Under the pieces are notes generated by a model, which was given only the letters and a program-made list of their open reading frames with translations, was not told the DNA's origin and did not search any database. Of a stretch of DNA of 64,000 nt, positions 33,245 through 41,625 are shown in pieces. The DNA comes from an uncultured Alphaproteobacteria bacterium. Lineage in GTDB: Bacteria; Pseudomonadota; Alphaproteobacteria; Methylaequorales; Methylaequoraceae. The position numbers and the translations under genes are program-made. Location: the NCBI GenBank assembly GCA_902579395.1, contig CACHGK010000001.1:145036-209035 (forward strand), in the 5' to 3' direction. The stretch's first letter is position 1. Each line of letters begins with the position of its first letter.

Positions 33245-34624
33245 TCAATTATTATTTTTTAAAGCATTGATTACTTCTGGTATTGCTTTTAAAAAATCTT
33301 CAACTACAACATTTGTCTTAGATTTAGAAATTTCATTCTGAATCCAAACTGATGCTATTATTGCTTTTTCAAAATTTACTTTTTGAGCTAATAAACCTGC
33401 AATTATTCCGCATAAAATGTCACCTGAACCTGCAGTGGCTAGACAATTATCTGATGAACTATTTATCCAAATCTTAGAAGATGGAAATGCAATTACAGTG
33501 TCATTACCTTTAAATAGAACGCAATTTTTTATCATTTTTGAAGCTTTTAAAGAACTAATTATTTTTGATTGATTTACTATCTTAAAAACTCTCTTAAATT
33601 CTCCCTCGTGGGGAGTAATGACAATATTTCTTCTAGCTTTTAATAAATCATAAAAATCTTTTTTGTGATTTTCAAAAATACTAATTGCATCAGCATCAAT
33701 TACAATAGAACCCAAAAAGCTTTTAATTAAATTCTTAATTTTTTGTCTGCTAAATTCTTTTCCTAATCCAGGGCCTAAAACTAAAATATCCTCTTTAAAT
33801 AAATAATCATTTTTAAATTGTTTCACTATTGTTCCTGGTTCACATGTTGAATAATATTTTAAGTTTTTCTTATCAACTAAAATTGTGGAAAGTCCGCATC
33901 CTGATTTTCTGGCAGCATATGCAACTAATCTTGACGCCCCAGACATTTCTCCACCTAAAACTAAAACATGACCTTTATCATATTTATTTATTCCTAAAGA
34001 TAACTTTGGAATAATTTCATTCAAATATGTTTTTTGTATCAATTTGATATCTGGATCTCTTTTTGCAAAAATTGACAAACTTAGGTTCAAAAGCACTAGT
34101 TTTCCAATTTTTTCTTTTCCTGGCAAAAGGAAGTAGCCAGGTTTCAATGATCCCATAGCAAGGGTTATATCAGCATCAACCGATACCCCCATGAGCCTTC
34201 CTGAATCACTATTTATTCCACTAGGAATATCTACTGAAACTACATTTTTTTTAGATTTATTTATGAGTTCTATTGCTAATCTAAATTTTCCTTCTACTTT
34301 TTTGTTTAATCCAATTCCAAATATACAATCAAAAATTATATCAGCTTTATTTATTTCATTTTGAAGATTTTCTAATTTTAAGTCTTTATTTTTGTCTAAT
34401 AGATAGATAAATTTTCTTTTGTTTAACAATTCATAGGTTAACTTGCCGTCAACTCCATTGTTTCCAGGACCGCAAATAAAAAGTATTTTTTTATTTTTAA
34501 AATTATTTTTAATAAATTCATAAATTTTTTGCGAAGCATTATTAATTAGCTTGTTAAAAGAATTTTTTTTTATATATCTATTCTCATACTCTTTTATTTG
34601 TTCTATGGTTAATAACTCACTCAT
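33245..34624 (-). CDS. nnr: Bifunctional NAD(P)H-hydrate repair enzyme (epimerase/ADP-dependent dehydratase)
   Basis: 459 aa with an N-terminal YjeF_N-like region (CGPGNNGVDG) and a C-terminal carbohydrate-kinase-like region (GSGDILCGIIAGLLAQ). Confidence 0.88.
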   Translation of the reverse strand: MSELLTIEQIKEYENRYIKKNSFNKLINNASQKIYEFIKNNFKNKKILFICGPGNNGVDGKLTYELLNKRKFIYLLDKNKDLKLENLQNEINKADIIFDCIFGIGLNKKVEGKFRLAIELINKSKKNVVSVDIPSGINSDSGRLMGVSVDADITLAMGSLKPGYFLLPGKEKIGKLVLLNLSLSIFAKRDPDIKLIQKTYLNEIIPKLSLGINKYDKGHVLVLGGEMSGASRLVAYAARKSGCGLSTILVDKKNLKYYSTCEPGTIVKQFKNDYLFKEDILVLGPGLGKEFSRQKIKNLIKSFLGSIVIDADAISIFENHKKDFYDLLKARRNIVITPHEGEFKRVFKIVNQSKIISSLKASKMIKNCVLFKGNDTVIAFPSSKIWINSSSDNCLATAGSGDILCGIIAGLLAQKVNFEKAIIASVWIQNEISKSKTNVVVEDFLKAIPEVINALKNNN

Positions 34625-35122
34625 ATGTCAAAAATTCTTTTAATATTTGTTGTTTTCTTTTATAAATTAGCTCTTAGTGAAATCAAAGTTAATTCAATAA
34701 TAAAATTAAATAACAACATACCTGAAGAATGTGGTTTAAATTTCTTCTTAGAAAATGATAATTCATTTACTAATGCATCTGTTTCAATAAAAAAACTAGA
34801 AAACAATGAAACAATTACTGTTTTCAAGGTAAACGGAAAAAACACAATTCAAAATGCTGATTTATCAACTAGTTCTTTAAAGATAAGTGAGATTATAGAA
34901 AAAAAGAAAAGGACTGATAAAGGAATAGAAATTAAGGGTAAAACAAAACAGGACTCAATGACCTTTTTTTTCCAAGAAATTTTAATAGGAGGGGGATCTC
35001 TTAATGTAGATGACGTCTTGTATGAAATTAATGGACCTATTGATTCTAAAGTTAGGTTAGAGTATCTTTTTTGTACAGGAGAAATGTTTCTTCCTAACTA
35101 TGAATCGAATAGAGATGAATAA
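34625..35122 (+). CDS. Secreted protein of unknown function
   Basis: 165 aa with a hydrophobic N-terminus (MSKILLIFVVFFYKLALS). Its ATG directly abuts the nnr start codon. No family recognised. Confidence 0.55.
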   Translation: MSKILLIFVVFFYKLALSEIKVNSIIKLNNNIPEECGLNFFLENDNSFTNASVSIKKLENNETITVFKVNGKNTIQNADLSTSSLKISEIIEKKKRTDKGIEIKGKTKQDSMTFFFQEILIGGGSLNVDDVLYEINGPIDSKVRLEYLFCTGEMFLPNYESNRDE

Positions 35123-36119
35123 AATTACCTCGCAGCAGATAGAAAACATTTTTTCACTTCCTTTAGACAAATTAATTTTTAAGGCTCAAAGAGTGCATAA
35201 AAAAAATTTTGAAAAGGGAGATGTGCAGTTAGCATCATTGATCTCAATCAAAACAGGTAGTTGTCCGGAGGATTGTAAGTACTGCCCACAATCTGCTCAT
35301 TACAATGTAAATTTGAAGAAAGAAAAGCTTATTGACATCTCTGAAGTAAAAAAAGCAGCGAAACTAGCAAAAAAAAATGGAGCTAATAGATTTTGTATGG
35401 GAGCTGCGTGGAAAAAATTAAGGGATGGAGAGGATTTAGATTCAGTTGTTGAAATGATACGGGAAGTAAAGTCACTTGATCTTGAAGCTTGCGTCACACT
35501 TGGGTCTATTACACTAGATCAAGCCATTAAACTTAAAGATGCGGGTTTAGATGCTTACAATCATAATATTGATACATCTCCAGATTATTATAAAAATATT
35601 ATTACAACTCGAACTTTTGAAGAAAGGTTAAGCACAATTAAAAATGCTCGAGAGGCAGGTATTAGTGTTTGCTCAGGAGGAATAATTGGAATGGGTGAAT
35701 CATGGAAAGATAGAGCTGAGATGCTTGAGGTTCTAGCTAATTTGGAACCTCAACCTGAGAGTGTGCCAATAAATGCTCTAGTTCCAGTTGCAGGAACACC
35801 TTTGCAGTTTCAACAAATAGTTGAACCAGAGGAAATGATTATCATGATTGCAACTGCTAGAATAATTTTACCAAAATCTCGAATCAGATTATCCGCAGGA
35901 CGTAAATATTTATCAAATGAAACTCAAATATTATGTCTTTTGTCTGGTGCTAATTCAATTTTCTATGGTGATACGCTTCTTACTACTAAAAACAATGATA
36001 TGGCAAAAGATAAAGAATTAATTGCTCAATTCCAAAAAATAAAACAATCTAATTTAAAAGAAATTATAAACAAATATCTTATTGTTTTTTCCGATAAAGT
36101 TTCATCTGTAAGTTACTAA
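35100..36119 (+). CDS. bioB: Biotin synthase (radical SAM)
   Basis: CPEDCKYCPQS radical-SAM triad, plus GANRFCMGAAW and YNHNIDTS. The true start may be the ATG at 35115 (MNKITSQQ). Confidence 0.94.
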   Translation: MNRIEMNKITSQQIENIFSLPLDKLIFKAQRVHKKNFEKGDVQLASLISIKTGSCPEDCKYCPQSAHYNVNLKKEKLIDISEVKKAAKLAKKNGANRFCMGAAWKKLRDGEDLDSVVEMIREVKSLDLEACVTLGSITLDQAIKLKDAGLDAYNHNIDTSPDYYKNIITTRTFEERLSTIKNAREAGISVCSGGIIGMGESWKDRAEMLEVLANLEPQPESVPINALVPVAGTPLQFQQIVEPEEMIIMIATARIILPKSRIRLSAGRKYLSNETQILCLLSGANSIFYGDTLLTTKNNDMAKDKELIAQFQKIKQSNLKEIINKYLIVFSDKVSSVSY

Positions 36120-36207
36120 GTATTAGAAAAATAAATATTAATTTAATTCTGGTCTAAATATTGCAAAAAAAAATTGCAGTTAATTATAAAATAATTATTT
36201 AAATATT

Positions 36208-36399
36208 ATGCCTAGAAATTTTAAATCTGTTAATAAAAAAAGTGTTCAGCTAGATGTTTTTTATGGATGGGATGTAGACGTTAAACAATGGTTTATAGAT
36301 ATAAAAATGTCAGGCTTTACAGGTGGAAACCTGGTCCAATGGTTTAGCTCAGAGTCCAACTATAAAAAAGTCCTAAAGAACTTTCTAGTTTCATCATGA
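36208..36399 (+). CDS. Hypothetical small protein
   Basis: 63-aa ORF in an otherwise unoccupied 300-nt gap. No recognisable motif. Confidence 0.4.
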   Translation: MPRNFKSVNKKSVQLDVFYGWDVDVKQWFIDIKMSGFTGGNLVQWFSSESNYKKVLKNFLVSS

Positions 36400-36420
36400 T
36401 GAAATATATTTACTGAATAT

Positions 36421-36888
36421 ATGTCAACATTTGGTATAGTGTTATTTAACCCAGAAATAGCACCCAACACAGGTAACATAATCAGGTTATGTGCAAACAC
36501 AAAATGTAAACTTCGTATAATAAAACCAATTGGTTTTGATATTAATGAGAAATCCCTTCGAAGGGCTGGGCTAGATTATATAAAAAATGTAGATATTAAG
36601 ATTTTCGAAAATATTGACGATTTTTTAACAACAAATGAATATAAAAGATATCTTCTTGTTACTAAATATGGACACAAAAGTTATGAAAGCTTAAATTACA
36701 GCAAAGGTGACTGTTTTATTTTCGGATCTGAATCCAAAGGTCTTTCTCATGAAGTTTTTAAAAAATTTAAATGTTCAGAAAAAATATCTATACCAATGGC
36801 TTCAAAAAGTAGAAGTATAAATCTTGCTAATTCTGTTGCAATTTGTATTTATGAGGCATTGCGACAAAATAAATTTCAGTTTTTATAG
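36421..36888 (+). CDS. trmL: tRNA (cytidine/uridine-2'-O-)-methyltransferase, SpoU/TrmL type
   Basis: 155 aa with PNTGNIIRLCA, FGSESKGL and INLANSVAI, the three SPOUT motifs. Confidence 0.9.
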   Translation: MSTFGIVLFNPEIAPNTGNIIRLCANTKCKLRIIKPIGFDINEKSLRRAGLDYIKNVDIKIFENIDDFLTTNEYKRYLLVTKYGHKSYESLNYSKGDCFIFGSESKGLSHEVFKKFKCSEKISIPMASKSRSINLANSVAICIYEALRQNKFQFL

Positions 36889-37505
36889 ATAACGAAAAAA
36901 ATATCATTTTTTAAAACTTTTGTGTAAAACTTTTCAACATTAACAAAATGTTTTTTTAATAAATTTAACATAAAAGTGATTTGAGTGTAATATATGTTAT
37001 TTCTAATAAATCTATTTTTACAAAATTGAAGATTAAAAATGATTCCATAATTTGACCTTTTATAACATTTGATTAGGTTGTGTATAATATAGCTTTCCCA
37101 TAAATTTACATCATCAGTCACAGCATAATTATATGTCCCTGACATAACTGAAATATCGCACCCATTAATCGGATAATTGTTTACATGAAAATTTTGACAT
37201 TTAAATCTCGTTTTGCAAAATTCAATCATCTTCTTGTTAATATCGTATCCCTCATAAATCAAATTGATTTTTTCTTTTTTTGAAAAAAAAAAAAATTCAC
37301 CATATCCGCAACCTACATCGGCTAATTTATTTCTTTTTGACGGAAACTTACCAAATAATTTCATAATAACCTTGAATCGATTATACTGGGAAGTTGAGTT
37401 GTTCCAGCAAACGCCCAAAGGTGTAAAACCATTTTTTTTTAAAGCTCTATTATAAATATCTTCTAGTAAAAAATTATAATATTTTGAAAGAAATAATTGC
37501 TTCAT
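36876..37505 (-). CDS. Class I SAM-dependent methyltransferase
   Basis: 209 aa with motif I LADVGCGYGEF. Its 3' end overlaps the convergent trmL 3' end by 13 nt. Confidence 0.75.
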   Translation of the reverse strand: MKQLFLSKYYNFLLEDIYNRALKKNGFTPLGVCWNNSTSQYNRFKVIMKLFGKFPSKRNKLADVGCGYGEFFFFSKKEKINLIYEGYDINKKMIEFCKTRFKCQNFHVNNYPINGCDISVMSGTYNYAVTDDVNLWESYIIHNLIKCYKRSNYGIIFNLQFCKNRFIRNNIYYTQITFMLNLLKKHFVNVEKFYTKVLKNDIFFVIYKN

Positions 37506-37573
37506 ATTTTATTTAGATTAATAATTATTATTAAATCATAAAGAAAATAATATTAGATAAGATAGGACCAATT

Positions 37574-37741
37574 ATGAAATTAATTAGCTTTGCAGTAAAA
37601 TCAGCTTTTTTAACTGGAGCACTTACTGCTGGAGCCTTCATCACTGGCACGGCGATAGGTATGTTTATTAACAAAGAAAAAGCTCTTGACAGGTTTAAAA
37701 AAATGCAACTAAAAAAAAATAAATCAGCATCAACAAAATAG
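37574..37741 (+). CDS. Small membrane protein (glycine-zipper-like helix)
   Basis: 55-codon ORF below the track cutoff, read by hand: MKLISFAVKSAFLTGALTAGAFITGTAIGMFINKEKALDRFKKMQLKKNKSASTK. It has a hydrophobic Gly/Ala/Thr-rich helix followed by a basic tail. Confidence 0.4.
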   Translation: MKLISFAVKSAFLTGALTAGAFITGTAIGMFINKEKALDRFKKMQLKKNKSASTK

Positions 37742-37790
37742 CTTGATTTTGATAAATGTTACACCAGTTTATATAAAACAGGAGATTGTT

Positions 37791-37952
37791 ATGAATAAAT
37801 TGTTAACAGCGCTTTTCTTTGCTTTCTTCGCTCTTTTAGTTTCAGATCCTGCTAATGCAAACCACTGCAGTGGTGGCCATAAAGAAATAAAAGATACAAA
37901 AGAGTCTACAAGTTCGGAAGAAAATACAAAAGAAGCAACCAAAACTAATTAA
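37791..37952 (+). CDS. Small secreted peptide with an HCSGGH motif
   Basis: An internal ATG of track ORF 37743..37952 is preceded by caggagattgtt (SD-like). The product is MNKLLTALFFAFFALLVSDPANA/NHCSGGHKEIKDTKESTSSEENTKEATKTN, a signal peptide plus ~30-aa hydrophilic mature part. A strong hairpin follows. Confidence 0.55.
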   Translation: MNKLLTALFFAFFALLVSDPANANHCSGGHKEIKDTKESTSSEENTKEATKTN

Positions 37953-37955
37953 GTT

Positions 37956-37979
37956 AAAGGCAGATTTTTATCTGCCTTT
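37956..37979 (+). terminator. Hairpin terminator after the small secreted peptide gene
   Basis: aaaggcaga (37956-37964) pairs with tctgccttt (37971-37979), with a 6-nt loop. It starts 4 nt after the stop codon. Confidence 0.65.
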
Positions 37980-37986
37980 AAAATAA

Positions 37987-39156
37987 ATGATTAGTGAACC
38001 AAACAACATAAACGCAAGGAAACTTTTAGATGATTTTATAAATCAAGGTCTTGAAAACTATTCTAGATCTAGAAACTTTGATCATGGTCCTAATAAGCGA
38101 ACCAATGTATCGAACTTATCCCCTTTCATCAGAAAAAGAATAATCCACGAAAAACAAATCATTCGATCGTGTTTGCAAAAGTTTGATAGATCGAAAATTG
38201 ATAAATTCATACAAGAGGTTTTTTGGAGAATATATTGGAAAGGTTGGCTAGAGGGACGACCAAAAATTTGGAGTGATTATAAAGAGAAAATTAATGAACA
38301 CCTTACAAGCCTATCAAAAAAGAATTTTTACAAAGATTACATAAAAGCAACTAACGGACAAACTGGCATAGAGTGCTTTGATAAATGGGTAAATGAACTT
38401 AAGGAATTTGGGTATCTCCATAATCACACAAGAATGTGGTTCGCGAGTATATGGATTTTTACTTTAAATTTGCCATGGGAATTAGGAGCTAATTTTTTCT
38501 ATAAAAATTTACTTGATGCTGACCCGGCTTCGAATACGCTTTCTTGGAGATGGGTTGCAGGATTACACACTGAGGGTAAATTTTATCTTGCAAGACAAGA
38601 GAATATAGAAAAATTTTCAGAATTTTCTTTTAATAATAAATCTCAACTTAAAGAAAAAATTTCAACACCTTCTTTCGAATTTATTGAATATAAAAAGCCT
38701 AATTTCTTAGAGATGTCTTTTGATGAAACTGGAATTTATCTTGTAAACTCCAATAATCTTTTATACCAAAAAGAGCTTATAGATATGTTAGATAAAAGTC
38801 AGGTTATCTATATAAATATATCTAAGGATAGCTCAAATAGTGAACTAAAAAATGAATTTGAAAGAAAAGCGATTAATAATTATTTTAAATGGCTGAAGCT
38901 TAATGGAATAAATGTTCAGGTTTTTTTAAATCAAATTGAATTGAGAGAGTTTTTTAAAGGAAAATCAAAACAAATTTATACTTTTTATCCGTGTGTAGGG
39001 TATGAGAAAGATAAAATAAATAAAATACGCAAGGAATTAGATATAAACTTTGTATATTTGTATGATTCTCTTGATCTTAAATGTTGGCCTCATGCCAAAG
39101 CAGGTTTCTTCAAATTTAAGAATAATATTGACTCGTTTATAGATTATATCATCTAA
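37987..39156 (+). CDS. Photolyase/cryptochrome-family protein with the FAD-binding helical domain first and an alpha/beta-like domain last
   Basis: Residues ~1-210 carry FAD-domain motifs (LSPFIRKRII, EVFWRIYW, GYLHNHTRMWFASIW, LLDADPASNTLSWRWVAG). Residues ~240-389 mirror the N-terminal alpha/beta domain of the canonical photolyase at 47642..49114. Confidence 0.75.
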   Translation: MISEPNNINARKLLDDFINQGLENYSRSRNFDHGPNKRTNVSNLSPFIRKRIIHEKQIIRSCLQKFDRSKIDKFIQEVFWRIYWKGWLEGRPKIWSDYKEKINEHLTSLSKKNFYKDYIKATNGQTGIECFDKWVNELKEFGYLHNHTRMWFASIWIFTLNLPWELGANFFYKNLLDADPASNTLSWRWVAGLHTEGKFYLARQENIEKFSEFSFNNKSQLKEKISTPSFEFIEYKKPNFLEMSFDETGIYLVNSNNLLYQKELIDMLDKSQVIYINISKDSSNSELKNEFERKAINNYFKWLKLNGINVQVFLNQIELREFFKGKSKQIYTFYPCVGYEKDKINKIRKELDINFVYLYDSLDLKCWPHAKAGFFKFKNNIDSFIDYII

Positions 39157-39276
39157 AATCAAACACTATATTTTAAATCATCTGGTTATTTAAAATTATT
39201 AAAAGAATTAATTACGATAATAATTTATTATTATTTTTTTTATGACAAAAACTATTATAGTAAATAAATTGTCGAA

Positions 39277-39498
39277 ATGAAAACCAAACGTCTTATAATT
39301 TTTGCTTCAATAATGTCTTTTTGTACTAGTACTTTTGTATCTGGTTTCATTGTCTTTCTAAAAATTGGCTTTGATCATGATTTTATGTTTAAATGGTGGG
39401 AAAGATTTATTATAGCGTGGCCGGTTGTTTTCCTGTGTATAATTGTTTTTGTTCCATTGATTAATAAATTATTAGATAGATTTATGAAATATGATTAA
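39277..39498 (+). CDS. Small membrane protein, DUF2798-like
   Basis: 73 aa with two TM helices. The FMFKWWERFIIAWPVVF pattern resembles DUF2798 (recognition from memory). It overlaps the next gene by 8 nt. Confidence 0.6.
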   Translation: MKTKRLIIFASIMSFCTSTFVSGFIVFLKIGFDHDFMFKWWERFIIAWPVVFLCIIVFVPLINKLLDRFMKYD

Positions 39499-39976
39499 GA
39501 AAAATTTTAAATCTTTAAAAGTTCTAATTATTTTGTCTATTTTGTTGTCAACTCATTCTTTCTCAGAAAAACTAGGTGATTTAACAAGACAAAAGCCGAT
39601 TGAAAAATCAATAATTTTTATGGGAAAGACTGGGGAAAATCATTATTTTAAACCAAACACCCTAAATTTTACAACCGGTAAACTTTACAAGCTGAAAATA
39701 TTGAATAAAAGTGATTCAAAACATTATTTTTCATCAAACCAGTTTTCTAAAGCAATTTATACAAGAAAAGTTCAAGTGCTTAAGAACGATCAGAAAATAT
39801 CTGAAATTAAAGGAAATATTTCTGAGATAGAAGTTTTCCCTCAAAATACTGTTGAATGGTGGTTTGTTCCAATAAAAACAGGAATTTTTAATGATTTAAT
39901 GTGTTTAGTTAAAGACAAAATATCAAATAAAGTTCACGCAGATATGGGTATGATTGGAACCATAATCATAGATTAA
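39491..39976 (+). CDS. Secreted cupredoxin-like protein
   Basis: 161 aa with a signal peptide. YFKPNTLNFTTGKLYKLKILNKSDSKHYF and VEWWFVPIKTGIFNDLMC..(10)..HADMGMIGTIII match the His/Cys/His/Met beta-sandwich pattern of type 1 copper proteins. Confidence 0.6.
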   Translation: MIKKNFKSLKVLIILSILLSTHSFSEKLGDLTRQKPIEKSIIFMGKTGENHYFKPNTLNFTTGKLYKLKILNKSDSKHYFSSNQFSKAIYTRKVQVLKNDQKISEIKGNISEIEVFPQNTVEWWFVPIKTGIFNDLMCLVKDKISNKVHADMGMIGTIIID

Positions 39977-40038
39977 TTTTTGATACTCTACACTAGAAAT
40001 TTAGATAAATTATTATTATAATTTATAGAGGGGACTGT

Positions 40039-40641
40039 ATGAATTTAGTGGATGAGAATTATTCCATTCAAGCAAAAAATCTTTTAGAAAACCTTGTGGA
40101 TGAATTTGAGAATACCATCAAAAAAATCCATAAAATTGATATTGTTCTTAAACAGATAAAAACAATAAGAGTTGAAATTAATAAAAGATCGAGATGGATA
40201 AGCGAAATTTCTAATATCTCGAAAGACATTGCTAACAAAAAAGTTAAAATTCTTATCTATAATGAGGATTATTTTGAACCAGTAGAGAACGAATTAAAAA
40301 AACTAGATTTACAATTTAACAAAAACGGTCAATTCTTAGAGATAGTTCAACCGATTTTTTCTTATAACCAACTAATGTCCTTAGTAGATGATATTGAATC
40401 TAAAAAAAATAAAATTATTTCAAAATGTACTAAAGCAAAAATGGATCCAGTTATTAGATCAAAACATGCTGTAGAAAATGAGTTTATTGATCATGCAATA
40501 GCAAGAAAAACATCAAATAACTGTCAAAAAATGTTTGAAGAACATCAAAAATTGATTACTGAAATGACTTTAAAAAAAATAAAAAGTATCTTAGGTCATG
40601 AGAATTTTAAAAAATTCGAAAAAGAAGGTCTTCTTAACTAG
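40039..40641 (+). CDS. Hypothetical protein with remote ribosome-recycling-factor-like pattern
   Basis: 200 aa with an SD-like agagggg upstream. By-eye alignment to E. coli Frr: KILIYNEDYFEPVENELKKLDLQFNKNGQFLEIVQPIFSYNQLMSLVDDI versus [53 protein letters not shown]. Also QKLITEMTLKKIKSIL versus QKLTDAAIKKIEAAL. Confidence 0.6.
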   Translation: MNLVDENYSIQAKNLLENLVDEFENTIKKIHKIDIVLKQIKTIRVEINKRSRWISEISNISKDIANKKVKILIYNEDYFEPVENELKKLDLQFNKNGQFLEIVQPIFSYNQLMSLVDDIESKKNKIISKCTKAKMDPVIRSKHAVENEFIDHAIARKTSNNCQKMFEEHQKLITEMTLKKIKSILGHENFKKFEKEGLLN

Positions 40642-40758
40642 ATTTAAATATTTGCAAGTAATTCTTTTTTTCATAATTTTTAGTTGTCAAATACTTAGAC
40701 ATTTACTGAGAAACTATAATAATATTTTTTTAGTACTGAATAACAATAAACTTTTAAC

Positions 40759-41526
40759 ATGAAAAATTATTATCACATTCTTGGACTCTCATTCGAATCA
40801 GTTCCTGAAAAACAACTTATTAATGCAGCTTATAAAGCTTTAGTAAAATTATATCATCCAGATGTTTACAAAGGGGATAAAAAAGCACTAAACAAAAAAA
40901 TTTTAGAAATTAATGAAGCATACGAAATATTAAATGATGAAGAAAAGAAAAAAGTTTATGATCAAAAATTAAAAAAATATCAAGATGATAAATCTTTTGA
41001 CTACTCAGACGAAGAATTTGAAGATAAAGATGTGTTTAATAATAAATTTATTGATGAGGATTGGGAGATTGCGCTGTTAGTTTATCCAGAACTTGATAAA
41101 AATAAAAAACTTTTATCTAAATATAGTCAAAAATTAGCACTTCAATTTCAATTCTACTTATTAGAAACAAAAGAATTTTATAAATTAGAAAATATAAGAA
41201 ATAAATTTATTAGTGCATTTTTAGAGAGAAAGTTTGGAACCTCCCACGAAATTAAATCATTATCCAGAATTCTTATAGAAAATGATTACAGAAAGAATGC
41301 CATATATTTAAATAAATTAATTAAAGTTCTTGGCTCAAAAAGTGAAAAAAGAATAATTAAAACATTCTTAAAACAATACCCAAATTTAGAAGAGTTTTTA
41401 ACTGAAGAGATGAAATTCTATAAAAGGTTTACAAATAATAAAAATAACGATGAGGATCAAAAAATTTTCATTTTTATATTAGTTTTCTTATTGATTCTTT
41501 TTTTCATGACACTAGTGAATAACTAA
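40759..41526 (+). CDS. J-domain protein with C-terminal membrane anchor
   Basis: The N-terminal YYHILGLSFES...LVKLYHPDVYKG...INEAYEILNDEEKKKVYD is a J domain with the HPD motif. The C-terminal IFIFILVFLLILFFMTLV is a TM helix. Confidence 0.8.
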   Translation: MKNYYHILGLSFESVPEKQLINAAYKALVKLYHPDVYKGDKKALNKKILEINEAYEILNDEEKKKVYDQKLKKYQDDKSFDYSDEEFEDKDVFNNKFIDEDWEIALLVYPELDKNKKLLSKYSQKLALQFQFYLLETKEFYKLENIRNKFISAFLERKFGTSHEIKSLSRILIENDYRKNAIYLNKLIKVLGSKSEKRIIKTFLKQYPNLEEFLTEEMKFYKRFTNNKNNDEDQKIFIFILVFLLILFFMTLVNN

Positions 41527-41625
41527 AGACCAAATTTATTAATAACCGTGTCTTTAAAATTTTATAAATTGATAAAAAGATGATATATTTTTTAAAGAAT
41601 TTAATTTTTTTATAAGGAGCTTGTT

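Noticed and set aside
37283-37295. A13 homopolymer inside the SAM methyltransferase gene (encodes FFFF), considered as a phase-variation switch.
   Set aside because: Comparable tracts occur in essential or conserved genes here, for example A12 at 10634..10645 inside birA and A12 within the hydrolase gene. Long A/T runs therefore reflect base composition, not a contingency locus.
39242-39280. 12-codon upstream ORF (MTKTIIVNKLSK) whose TGA overlaps the ATG of the DUF2798-like gene (ATGA), considered as a leader peptide.
   Set aside because: The ORF is short enough to arise by chance. It has no SD and no associated attenuator or terminator structure.
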